From positions 15,867 through 79,866 of the forward strand of contig CANIWM010000012.1 of assembly GCA_947471505.1 (NCBI GenBank): DNA of 64,000 nt, in the 5' to 3' direction. The translations under genes were made by a program, and so were the position numbers. Of this stretch, positions 37,613 to 46,402 are shown piece by piece. The notes beneath the pieces are model-generated. The model did not search any database. It had not been told where the DNA came from and saw nothing but the letters and a program-made list of their open reading frames with translations. Within the stretch, counting starts at the first letter, position 1. Every line of letters begins with the position of its first letter. The DNA is from Chthoniobacteraceae bacterium. GTDB lineage: Bacteria; Verrucomicrobiota; Verrucomicrobiia; Chthoniobacterales; Chthoniobacteraceae.

Positions 37613-38274
37613 GCAGGGCCGCCGCGCCGTTGTCCAGCCATGCGGCGGGAAAACGAACTTCCATGCCAGCGGCGCCCATTATTCGATGGCCCATACGATT
37701 CCGCTTGTAGCTGTGTGCGCGAGGACGATGATTCGCGTTGCCAAAGTCGCGTTTCTTCCACAAGGCGCGACACGGGGGACCCAATTGAGGGTGCGCAGGT
37801 CCAAACTGCCACCAGGGGCGCAGGTAGCCAGCCAAATGGCTGCCCGGTGACTTCCTTCACCGAGCCCGTCAGCTAACTCCGTCGGTATAGGGAAGGTGTC
37901 CTAGGGACGCCGTCCGCGGCACTCGCTGCGTACGGGGTCAACCGATGCCTGCAACATCATATTGCTTACTGGCATCGGCGGAAAAATACGCCGGCGGTGT
38001 CCGTTCGCGCACAGACACATACTACATACAGAAAATGAGACATCATCGTCGTGGCCTGCTTGCCGCAGGCTTCATCATCGCCGCATCCACCGCCGACACC
38101 GTTTGGCTTGCATGGGCACAACCTCAAATCGCTACCGGCCTCGCGCTGGATCAGGTCAACGGCGGAGCGCCTGCGTGGCGCGAGCTTCTCGCGTGGCAGG
38201 CGACTCATCAATGGCCGCACTTTGTTGCGCAGGCCGTTGTCGCTGCCACTATTGCGTGGTGGATTCGTCCTATC

Positions 38275-39329
38275 GTGCTCACGTTTCTTCGGGCGAAAAG
38301 CGCGAAGAAAAAGCTGCTCCCGCTGCTTCTCGCAGCCAGCACGCTCGCGGGCTGTGTGAAATCCTACGACAAGCCCGAATACGTCGAGATTGATACCAGC
38401 GAGACGGGCTTCCTCATCCCGCTCGAAGGCAACACCGCCGACCAAGCGAAGTTTGAGAGCGTGGACTACCTCCAAGCTCGGAAAGTCGCAACGAAGCGTG
38501 TGCAAATCGTCCATCGCTGGAACCAAGAAGGTCGCCTCTCCAGCACAGGCCGCTGGTTCCCTACCGTGCGCCTCGTGAAAGTGAACCGCTCGCCCATCAC
38601 GCGCGAGTGGACTGCTGAGGGCAAACACGTCACTGGCGACAAAGCCATCTGGATCGAAAGCGCGGACAGCGTGGGCTTCAGCATGGGCTTCACCTGCACC
38701 GCGTTCATTGATGAAAAAGATGCCGCCACCTTCCTCTATTGGTATCCGAGCGGCAGCCTCGCCACCGTCATGGACGGCGAAGTGCGTGGTCGCATCCAGC
38801 AAGGTGCCGCCGAAGTCGCCGCCCGCTACCCGCTCGACGGGCTGCGCGCCAAAAAACAGGAGATCGTGGACGCTGTAAGACGGACATCACCGCCTTTTTC
38901 ACCACACGCGGTATCACTATCACCACCGTCGGCATGTTCGGCGGAATGACCTACGAGAACCCGGCCATACAGAAGTCCATCGATGAAACCTTCATCGCCC
39001 AGCAGCTCAAAGTCGTCTCCGCAGCGAAGTTTGAAGCGCAGCAAAAAGAGAACGAAATCATCGAACTCGCCGCCAAAGCGAATGCCGAAAAAGCCCGGCT
39101 CGAAGCCAAAGGCAAAGCCGAAGCCCGTCTCGAAGAAGCCAAAGCGGAAGCCGAAGCCATCACCCTCGTCAATAAAGCCGTCGCCAACAGCGGCCCCATG
39201 CTCATGCAAATCCGCCAGCTCGAAGTCGAAAAAGCGCGCGTAGAAAAATGGGACGGCCAATTCCCGCACACGATGTTGGGCGCGAATCCAAACATCCTCT
39301 TCGCCCCTCCGCAGGCCTCTGCGAAGTAA
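38275..39329 (+). CDS. SPFH/band-7-like lipoprotein, reading frame broken by a 1-nt frameshift near 38873
   Basis: GTG 38275 begins MLTFLRAKSAKKKLLPLLLAASTLAGC (lipobox). Homology continues from frame 1 (...KKQEIVDAV) into frame 0 (KTDITAFFTTRGITITTVGMFGG...coiled coil AKAEAEA...). One extra A in GTAAGACG would restore the frame. Confidence 0.55.
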
Positions 39330-39443
39330 TGAACCCGCAAGTCCGGTTCGGGAGGAGGGGCGGCGCAAACCAATGCGCCGTCCCTCCTTAATCTTGCTCG
39401 TTCATCGCTTTGGGCCGCTTATCTATCGCGCACGAAGTTACCG

Positions 39444-40721
39444 CTACTGCGTGACGGAGATTGTGTGCTTTACGGGCACGAGCGCCTTGCGGGAATCGCT
39501 TTCGAGCTGTGCCTGCTTCTTGCCGAGATACGTCTTCACCGTGGTGAGCGCGGCGCCAAACTCCGGCGCTTCCTTCGCCTCGGCGTCGTAGTTGCGGAAC
39601 TTGGTGACGAAGTCTTTGATCATTCCCGTCTCGTAGCCCTGCTTTTTGCCGACGGCGTTCATGTAGGTCTTGAACGGGGCATCGAACGGCGTCGCGGCGA
39701 ATTCTGCCGCGAGGTTCACGCCCGCTGTGAGTTGCTCGCGGGTGAACTCCTTTGTCTCCGCGCCCCAGGTCACCTTCGCTTTTTCTCCCGTGAGGTTTTT
39801 CACCTTCAGCGTGAAGCGGTTCAGCTCGTCGTTAAATGGGAGGAAGGCTGTGATGCTGCGCGTGCCGCCGGAGGACTTCGCATCGCCGTCGAAGCAGAAC
39901 GGGTAACGCTCGCTCTCCAGCTCCACGGTTCCCGCTGCGCTCGTGAGGACTTTGTGCCCTTCGCTCGCGGTCGCCGCGCCTTTCATATCCACGGAAATCT
40001 CGCCGATTTTTCCATCGCAGCCGAGGCCCTTGAGAAATGCGTAGGCCATGATGAGCTGGCCGTTCGCGCCCGGATGCACGCCGTCGCCGCCGCACACATC
40101 GTAGTTTTCGCCGAGGGCCGCTTTGCCCTTCGCCATGGCATCAATCATCGGCTGATGCACGTCGGCGAATGCTTTGCCAAACTCGGTCGCCAGCTTTTTC
40201 CCGATGCCGCCCAGCTGTGCCAGATTGTCGTTGTAGCCGTCTGCGGCGTTCAGCTTCGAGCCCTCGCCGCCGAAGTTCGGGCGGACGAAAAACTTCGTGT
40301 CCACTGCGCCCGGTGTGCCGACGACGACGTTCTTCGCGCCGACGGTGTTGAGCTTCGTGACGATGCTGCGCATGGCGTCCTCGTAGCGTTTGCCGATGGT
40401 GGCCTCAAAGGGCCGATAGCTGCCGTCGTTCATGCCGTAGCAGAGCGTCGCGGTCGTCGGGTTGAAAACGGACAAATCATTCTCCAGCCGCGATGCAAAG
40501 CCTCCCGCCGTCTCCCCGCTCCAGCCAAACTGAAACACCCGAATGTCCCGCCGCCCCGCGCACGCCACGAGATACGTCTCCATGAATTTGGAATACATCT
40601 TCTGCTCCGTGATCGAGTCGCCGACGATGGCGAGCCGACCATTGGGCGGGAGTTGCGCTTCACCAGCGGCGAAGGCGAAGGGGCTGAGGACGAGTGTGGC
40701 GAGAATAGCGATTTTTTGCAT
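39444..40721 (-). CDS. secreted SGNH/GDSL hydrolase family protein
   Basis: Signal peptide MQKIAILATLVLSPFAFAAG, GDSIT block (LAIVGDSITEQ), a GGDGVHP block and a C-terminal beta-sandwich extension. Confidence 0.75.
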   Translation of the reverse strand: MQKIAILATLVLSPFAFAAGEAQLPPNGRLAIVGDSITEQKMYSKFMETYLVACAGRRDIRVFQFGWSGETAGGFASRLENDLSVFNPTTATLCYGMNDGSYRPFEATIGKRYEDAMRSIVTKLNTVGAKNVVVGTPGAVDTKFFVRPNFGGEGSKLNAADGYNDNLAQLGGIGKKLATEFGKAFADVHQPMIDAMAKGKAALGENYDVCGGDGVHPGANGQLIMAYAFLKGLGCDGKIGEISVDMKGAATASEGHKVLTSAAGTVELESERYPFCFDGDAKSSGGTRSITAFLPFNDELNRFTLKVKNLTGEKAKVTWGAETKEFTREQLTAGVNLAAEFAATPFDAPFKTYMNAVGKKQGYETGMIKDFVTKFRNYDAEAKEAPEFGAALTTVKTYLGKKQAQLESDSRKALVPVKHTISVTQ

Positions 40722-40855
40722 AGCGGCGGAATGACCGCGCCGACTGCGGGACGTTAGTGGGGGAATCACGAATGACGAATCCGCCGCGAATTTCGTCATC
40801 CGCAATATGTCCGATTGACCGCACAGCCGTCCACCGCTACGGCACGCGACGCACT

Positions 40856-42130
40856 ATGAAACTCACTGCATTCCTCGCCACACTCATCATCTCCGCCAGC
40901 GCCTTCGCACAGGGCGATGCGCCTGCCGGATTCACCGCACTTTATAATGGCAAAGACCTCACCGGCTGGCGGGGCGGCGACACTGCCGACCACCGCGCCT
41001 ACGCCGCGATGCCTGATGCCAAGAAGGCCGAATGGACCGCCGACATGAATAAGCACTGGAAAGCCGATGGCGGCGAATTGCTCAACGACGGTCACGGCAA
41101 ATACGCCACGACGGAGAAAGAATACGGCAACTTCGAGCTGCTCGTAGAATACAACATGGCCCCCAAGGGCGACTCCGGCATCTACCTGCGCAACGTCCCG
41201 CAAGTGCAAATCTGGGACCACACCGACGACGACAAAGGCGCGCTCGGTCGCACGAAAGGCAGCGGCGGGCTCTGGAACAACAGCCCCGGTGCTCCCGGCA
41301 AAGACCCGCTCGTCCTCGCAGACAAGCCCGCTGGCGAGTGGAACAAATTCCGCATCATCATGGTTGGCTCGCGCGTCAGCGTTTGGCTGAACGACAAACA
41401 GACCGTCGATCACGCCATCCTCGAAAACTACTACGACCGCAAAAAGCCCGTTCCTGCCAAAGGCCCCATCTGCCTGCAAACTCACGGCGCACCGATTATG
41501 TGGCGCAACATTTTCATCCGTGAAATTGGGAGCGAAGAAGCCAACAAGATCGTCGCCAGCAAAGGCGGCGAAGGCTTCGCTTCGATCTGGAACGGCAAAG
41601 ATTTCGACGGCTGGGGCGGCCCCGTGGACCAATATGAAGTCGTGGACGGCGCAATCCGCTGCATCGCTGGAAAAGGCGGCACTATTTACAAAAAGGAAGA
41701 ATACGCCGACTTCGTAGCACGCCTCGAATTCAAGCTCCCGCCCAACGGCAACAACGGTCTCGCCATCCGCTACCCCGGCGAAGGCAACACCGCCTATGTC
41801 GGCATGACGGAATCGCAAATCCTCGCCGACGACTACAAAGGCATCGACCCGCGCCAAGCCCACGGCTCCGTCTATGGAATGATCGCCGCCGAGCGCGGCT
41901 ACCAGCACCCCATCGGCGAGTGGAACTTCGAGGAAGTCACCGTCAAAGGCTCGACGATCAAAGTAGAACTCAACGGCACCGTGATCCTCAACGGCGATGT
42001 GTCGAAAGTGACCGAGTTCATGGCCAACTCCGCGCACCCCGGCAAAGACCGCAAGAGCGGCTTCTTCGGCTTCGCAGGCCACAGCGACCCGGTGATGTTC
42101 CGCAATATCAGCATCAAGAAGTTGCAGTAG
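40856..42130 (+). CDS. secreted protein with two tandem DUF1080 (3-keto-disaccharide hydrolase-like, LamG-fold) domains
   Basis: Signal peptide MKLTAFLATLIISASAFAQ. The DUF1080 signature occurs twice (ALYNGKDLTGW...EWNKFRIIMVG...LQTHGAPIMWRNIFIRE and SIWNGKDFDGW...EWNFEEVTV...FAGHSDPVMFRNISIKK). Confidence 0.8.
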   Translation: MKLTAFLATLIISASAFAQGDAPAGFTALYNGKDLTGWRGGDTADHRAYAAMPDAKKAEWTADMNKHWKADGGELLNDGHGKYATTEKEYGNFELLVEYNMAPKGDSGIYLRNVPQVQIWDHTDDDKGALGRTKGSGGLWNNSPGAPGKDPLVLADKPAGEWNKFRIIMVGSRVSVWLNDKQTVDHAILENYYDRKKPVPAKGPICLQTHGAPIMWRNIFIREIGSEEANKIVASKGGEGFASIWNGKDFDGWGGPVDQYEVVDGAIRCIAGKGGTIYKKEEYADFVARLEFKLPPNGNNGLAIRYPGEGNTAYVGMTESQILADDYKGIDPRQAHGSVYGMIAAERGYQHPIGEWNFEEVTVKGSTIKVELNGTVILNGDVSKVTEFMANSAHPGKDRKSGFFGFAGHSDPVMFRNISIKKLQ

Positions 42131-42169
42131 TCCGCGCCGCGAAAGAACCGTTCAGTTCCTTTTCAAAGC

Positions 42170-45100
42170 ATGGCGCATCGCGTGGATTGTCCCGCCATGC
42201 TCCGTCAAACACTCCTCGCCGTCACACTCGTCACAACGTCCGCCCTTGCGCAAAAGGCGGACCCTTTTGCCGAGGGCGTGCGGACTACAGAGCCGCTGGC
42301 ACCTGCTGAGCAGCGGGCGAAATTCAAGCTGCCGCCGGGCTTTGAGATTCAGCTCGTCGCTGCGGAGCCGGATTTGCGCAAGCCGATGAATATGGCCTTC
42401 GACGCCACGGGGCGGCTGTGGGTGTCGGAGTCGCGCGAGTATCCTTTCCCCGCGAAGGAAGGTGCGGAGTTGCGCGATAGCATCCGCATTTTCTCGGACT
42501 TCGGGCCGGATGGCAAAGCGCGGAAGATGGAGGTCTTTGCCGACAAACTGAACATCCCCATCGGGCTCTATCCATTTCGCACGGCGGATGGTCATTGGAA
42601 GTGTGTCGCGTGGGCGATTCCGAATATCTGGCTCCTGGAAGACACCGACGGCGACGGCAAAGCCGACAAACGCGAAGTGCTCTTCGGCCCGCTCGGCTGG
42701 GAGCGCGATACGCACGGCAACCAGGCGAGTTTCCGGCGCGGGGATGACGGGTGGATTTACGCCACGCACGGCTTTAACAACAACTCGATCATCAAAGCGC
42801 GCGACGGCTCCACCATCACGCTCAACAGCGGCAATGTGTATCGCTTCCGCCTCGATGGCTCGCGCGTGGAGCAATGGACCTCGGGGCAGGTCAATCCCTT
42901 CGGACTCTGCTGGGATGATCGCGGCAATTTGTTCTCCGCCGACTGCCACAGCTCGCCGATTTACCAGCTCTTGCGCGGCGGCGTGTATCCCAGCTTTGGC
43001 AAGCCGCACGACGGCCTCGGCTTCGCCCCGCAGACCATCCAGCACTCGCACGGAAGCACCGCGATTTGCGGGCCGATGATGATTCGCGACACGTCGTGGC
43101 CCGCCGATTTGCAGGGCCACATGCTCATTGGAAATGTGATGACCTCCCGGCTCAATCACGACCTCATCGAGTGGCACGGCTCGTCGTCGAAAGGCAAAGA
43201 GATGCCTGATTTCCTCACGAGCGAAGACCCGTGGTTCCGCCCCGTGGACCTGCAATGGGGCCCCGACGGCGCGCTCTACATCGCCGATTTCTATAACCGC
43301 ATCATCGGCCACTACGAAGTCCCGCTCACGCACCCCGGACGCGACCGGGAGCGGGGGAGGATTTGGCGGGTGGTGTATAAAGGGAAAGAGGGGAAAGGCA
43401 CGGCGCAATCCGGCAGCGGCAATATGATATCCGAGGGTATTATTTCTGAATCCGGCGATGCGAATCCTCAATCCGGGGACGTGAATGTTAAACCCGGCAA
43501 CGTGAATGTTAAGTCCGGCAATGCGAATGTTATAAACGGCGCGAATGTCGGTAAACAATGGTATGCGAATGTTAAATCCGGCAATGCGAATATCCAATCC
43601 GGGAACGCCAATATTAAACAGTTGGACGCGAATCCTGAACCCGGCGTGTATAATTTTAAACAGTTGAGCGTGAATATTCAATCCGGCGACTCCACTTCTG
43701 AACCTGAAAACGCTCAATTTGAACCTGAAACCTCTGTCGGTCAGAGAATCATATCGCTCTCGGAAGGCGATATAGGAGCGGGGCTTTCCCAAGCCCCGTA
43801 TGCGCCGAAGGTGCATCCAAAAGCGTCGCCTACTCTGTTGCGGTTCGTTTTAGGGAACCCCTCCGGGGCTCACGGGGCTTTGGAAAGCCCCGCTCCTATA
43901 CGCCCGTCCGGCGAATTGGCGCTGCACCTCATCGCCACGACGCCGGAGCCTGCGCCCAATAGTAGCGGGGCCGTCTCGGCCCCCGACTGCGACCCTGCGG
44001 GTCGCAGTGCTACGAGCCTTGGGGCCGGGACGGCCCCACTACTTTCGCCCTCGATGAGTGTCGCGCTGGCCACTTCGCTGCCGAAGGAGGAACAGATCGC
44101 CGCTTTGATAAAAGAACTCGGCTCGCCGAACCCGACGCGGCGGTCGCTGGCGTTGAATGAATTGTGTGATCGGTGGCCAGACGAAGCGCGAAAAGTGATC
44201 CCAGCGTCGGTTGATGCAGATCCGTTTCAGCGTGCGAATCTACTGTGGGTCATCAACCGCGGGGGACGCAATATGCCTGGTAATACGGGAATTATCGCCA
44301 GACGTGCCGAGCACCCTATGGTCCGCAGCCAGATGTTGCGGGTGGACGCGGAGGCGCTTGCCTCGTGGAAACCGGAACTCAAAAATGCACTCGCAAAAGG
44401 TGCTCCGAAAGAAGAGTGGCAGAAGCTTTCGGGCCTTATCTTTGGAAGACTCTCGGAGCTTCAGCGCGCCTTGGAAGACAGTGACGCAGTCGTTCGCCGG
44501 ATTGCCACGGAAGCACTCGCGATTTACCCGTCAGAAGGAAACTTCCTTCCCCTCCTACGTCTCCTCCGCACAACCGACAAAGCCGACGACCACCTCATCT
44601 ACTCCACCCGCGCCTCGCTGCGCGAGCATCTCCGCGATGCGGAAGTCGTGAAGCAGCTTAAGCTCGACGCTTTTTCCCGCGAAGACCTGCAAGCGATCAT
44701 GGACATCCTCCCCGCCGTCCCCGGCGAACATGCGGCGCTGCTGCGGCTCGACCTTTTTACGAAGCTCGACGCGCCCGCTGCCGAAGTCGCCAAGCACTTT
44801 CCCAGCATCATCAAAAACGCCCCCGCCGACCGGCTCAACGACATCGCCGCGCTGGCGCAAAAGAAGATGCCCGACGATGCCGCCGCGCTCTCCGCGATCC
44901 TCACCGCGCTCGACCAGCGCGGTGTGCCGCCGGGCGATGCGCTCCGCGAATGGGCGGCGGCGCTCGTCCCACGGCTGCTCGCCGCAAAGGCGGGCGGGTG
45001 GTCCATCCGGTCCATAGCGTCCATCCCGTCCACCGAAAACCCCTGGACCCTGCAAGACCGCAAGAGCGCCGATGGCGAAACCGCCCGCCTGATGAGCAGC

Positions 45101-46384
45101 TTCCCCAAAGGCGAAAAGCTCACCGGCATCCTCGCCTCTGCGCCGTTCCTCGCGCCGGAGCGCCTCCGCTTTTACCTCTGCGGCCACGATGGCACTCCGC
45201 CGGGACCGGTGGGCAAAAAGAACAGCGTCCGCCTTGTGGATGCAGCCAGCGGTGCCGTGCTCCGCGAAGCCGCGCCGCCGCGCAACGATGTGGCCCAGCG
45301 CATCGAGTGGGATTTGGCCGACATCAAAGGGCGGTGCGTCCTTTTCGAGGCGACGGATGGCGACCCCGGCAGTGCGTATGCGTGGCTGGCGTTTGGCCGC
45401 TTCAAGCCCGAGTTGCCGGAACTCGCGCTGGGGGAAGCCGCCTCGCAAAAAGCCACCGCCGCCGACATCGCAGGACGCTTCAAACTCACAGCGCGTCACG
45501 ATGCGATCCTAGCGCTGTTCAATGAGCGGACGGCGGACGTGGAATCGCGCGCGGCTGCGGCGCGGGCGCTGATTTCGTTTCAAGATGATGCTGCCGTGAA
45601 AGGGCAAATCGCCACAGCCCTCGCCAGCGCCGACGAGCCCGACGCTCTGCGCGAAAAACTCGCCGTCGCACTCAGCGGCGTCGCCAGCCAAGCCGTCGCC
45701 AATGCGATGCCCTCTGCCTCCACGAAGCTCCAGCAATCTTTCTCTGCCGCGCTTTCTGCAAATCGCGAAGGCACTGTTGCGCTTATCGTTGCAGTCGAGA
45801 GCGGCAAAGCCTCCCCGCTCGTCCTGCGCGACAAAGCGACGGTGGATCGCCTCAAAGCCAACGCGAAAGACGACGAGCTAAAACGCCTCGAAGCCCTGCT
45901 CGCCAAACTCCCGCCCGCGAACATCGAAGCCGACAAACTCATCGCCGCACGCCGCACCGCTTTCACAAAAGGCGACGCCGCGAAAGGCGCGGTCGTTTTC
46001 ACAACGAACTGCGCCGTCTGCCACCAGATCGGGCAGAAGGGCAACCTCGTCGGCCCGCAACTCGACGGCATCGGCGGGCGAGGGCTCGACCGCATTTTGG
46101 AAGACCTCCTCGACCCGAATCGCAACGTGGACCGCGCATTCCGCCTCAGCATCGTCACGCTCAAAGACGGCGGCGTAGCCAGCGGACTCCTGCGCCGCGA
46201 GGAAGGCGGGCAGATGGTCCTCGCCGACATCACCGGAAAGGAAAGCAGCATCCCGCAAGCGAACGTCGCCAAGCGCGAAGAGAGCGACACCTCGCTGATG
46301 CCGCCCGCATTCGGCCAGACGATCCCGCCCGCAGACTTCAACGATCTGCTCGCATACCTGCTCTCACAGCGCCCGACAAAGTAG
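42170..46384 (+). CDS. PVC-type membrane-bound dehydrogenase domain / HEAT-repeat / CxxCH cytochrome c protein (1404 aa) carrying an in-frame repeat-element insertion
   Basis: N-terminal signal, a beta-propeller-like dehydrogenase domain (DATGRLWVSE, GRIWRVVYKG), a central low-complexity insert (43405-44043), HEAT-like repeats, and a C-terminal heme motif CAVCH with conserved downstream Met. Confidence 0.8.
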   Translation: MAHRVDCPAMLRQTLLAVTLVTTSALAQKADPFAEGVRTTEPLAPAEQRAKFKLPPGFEIQLVAAEPDLRKPMNMAFDATGRLWVSESREYPFPAKEGAELRDSIRIFSDFGPDGKARKMEVFADKLNIPIGLYPFRTADGHWKCVAWAIPNIWLLEDTDGDGKADKREVLFGPLGWERDTHGNQASFRRGDDGWIYATHGFNNNSIIKARDGSTITLNSGNVYRFRLDGSRVEQWTSGQVNPFGLCWDDRGNLFSADCHSSPIYQLLRGGVYPSFGKPHDGLGFAPQTIQHSHGSTAICGPMMIRDTSWPADLQGHMLIGNVMTSRLNHDLIEWHGSSSKGKEMPDFLTSEDPWFRPVDLQWGPDGALYIADFYNRIIGHYEVPLTHPGRDRERGRIWRVVYKGKEGKGTAQSGSGNMISEGIISESGDANPQSGDVNVKPGNVNVKSGNANVINGANVGKQWYANVKSGNANIQSGNANIKQLDANPEPGVYNFKQLSVNIQSGDSTSEPENAQFEPETSVGQRIISLSEGDIGAGLSQAPYAPKVHPKASPTLLRFVLGNPSGAHGALESPAPIRPSGELALHLIATTPEPAPNSSGAVSAPDCDPAGRSATSLGAGTAPLLSPSMSVALATSLPKEEQIAALIKELGSPNPTRRSLALNELCDRWPDEARKVIPASVDADPFQRANLLWVINRGGRNMPGNTGIIARRAEHPMVRSQMLRVDAEALASWKPELKNALAKGAPKEEWQKLSGLIFGRLSELQRALEDSDAVVRRIATEALAIYPSEGNFLPLLRLLRTTDKADDHLIYSTRASLREHLRDAEVVKQLKLDAFSREDLQAIMDILPAVPGEHAALLRLDLFTKLDAPAAEVAKHFPSIIKNAPADRLNDIAALAQKKMPDDAAALSAILTALDQRGVPPGDALREWAAALVPRLLAAKAGGWSIRSIASIPSTENPWTLQDRKSADGETARLMSSFPKGEKLTGILASAPFLAPERLRFYLCGHDGTPPGPVGKKNSVRLVDAASGAVLREAAPPRNDVAQRIEWDLADIKGRCVLFEATDGDPGSAYAWLAFGRFKPELPELALGEAASQKATAADIAGRFKLTARHDAILALFNERTADVESRAAAARALISFQDDAAVKGQIATALASADEPDALREKLAVALSGVASQAVANAMPSASTKLQQSFSAALSANREGTVALIVAVESGKASPLVLRDKATVDRLKANAKDDELKRLEALLAKLPPANIEADKLIAARRTAFTKGDAAKGAVVFTTNCAVCHQIGQKGNLVGPQLDGIGGRGLDRILEDLLDPNRNVDRAFRLSIVTLKDGGVASGLLRREEGGQMVLADITGKESSIPQANVAKREESDTSLMPPAFGQTIPPADFNDLLAYLLSQRPTK
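43405..43735. repeat. tandem 21-nt repeats (GAATGTTAAATCCGGCAATGC family) encoding SG(N/D)ANV(K/Q) heptads inside the 42170..46384 CDS
   Basis: About 12 degenerate 21-nt units. Locally AT-rich compared with the flanking sequence. The period is a multiple of 3, so the host reading frame is preserved. Confidence 0.6.
43958..44043. repeat. GC-rich multi-hairpin module, copy 2 of 2 (inside the CDS)
   Basis: AATAGTAGCGGGGCCGTCTCGGCCCC shared with 19538-19563 (26 of 27 nt). Contains hairpins GGGGCCG-TCT-CGGCCCC and GCGACCC-TGC-GGGTCGC. The outer stem is AGTAGCGGGGCCGTC / GACGGCCCCACTACT. Confidence 0.6.
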
Positions 46385-46402
46385 GCGCACAGACCCACTG
46401 CC

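Noticed and set aside
37945-38274. N-terminal 110 codons of the 37945..38949 ORF as coding sequence
   Set aside because: The region is Trp/Ala-rich with no signal-peptide logic. An in-frame GTG at 38275 gives a textbook lipoprotein signal (positive n-region, LLPLLLAAS, LAGC lipobox), so the upstream part is treated as non-coding leader.
39340-39390. Terminator hairpin between the SPFH gene and the convergent SGNH gene
   Set aside because: The stem GGGAGGAGGGGCGGCGC / GCGCCGTCCCTCC is imperfect with bulges and lacks a clear T-tract, so it is too weak to list as a feature.
42170-46384. Whether the 1404-aa ORF is really two genes separated by a repeat-filled intergenic region
   Set aside because: The frame is continuously open across about 640 bp, including non-repetitive and hairpin-rich parts. 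Dehydrogenase-HEAT-cytochrome c as one polypeptide is the known PVC architecture, and no internal start or RBS-like context precedes the HEAT part. Kept as a single CDS with an in-frame insertion.
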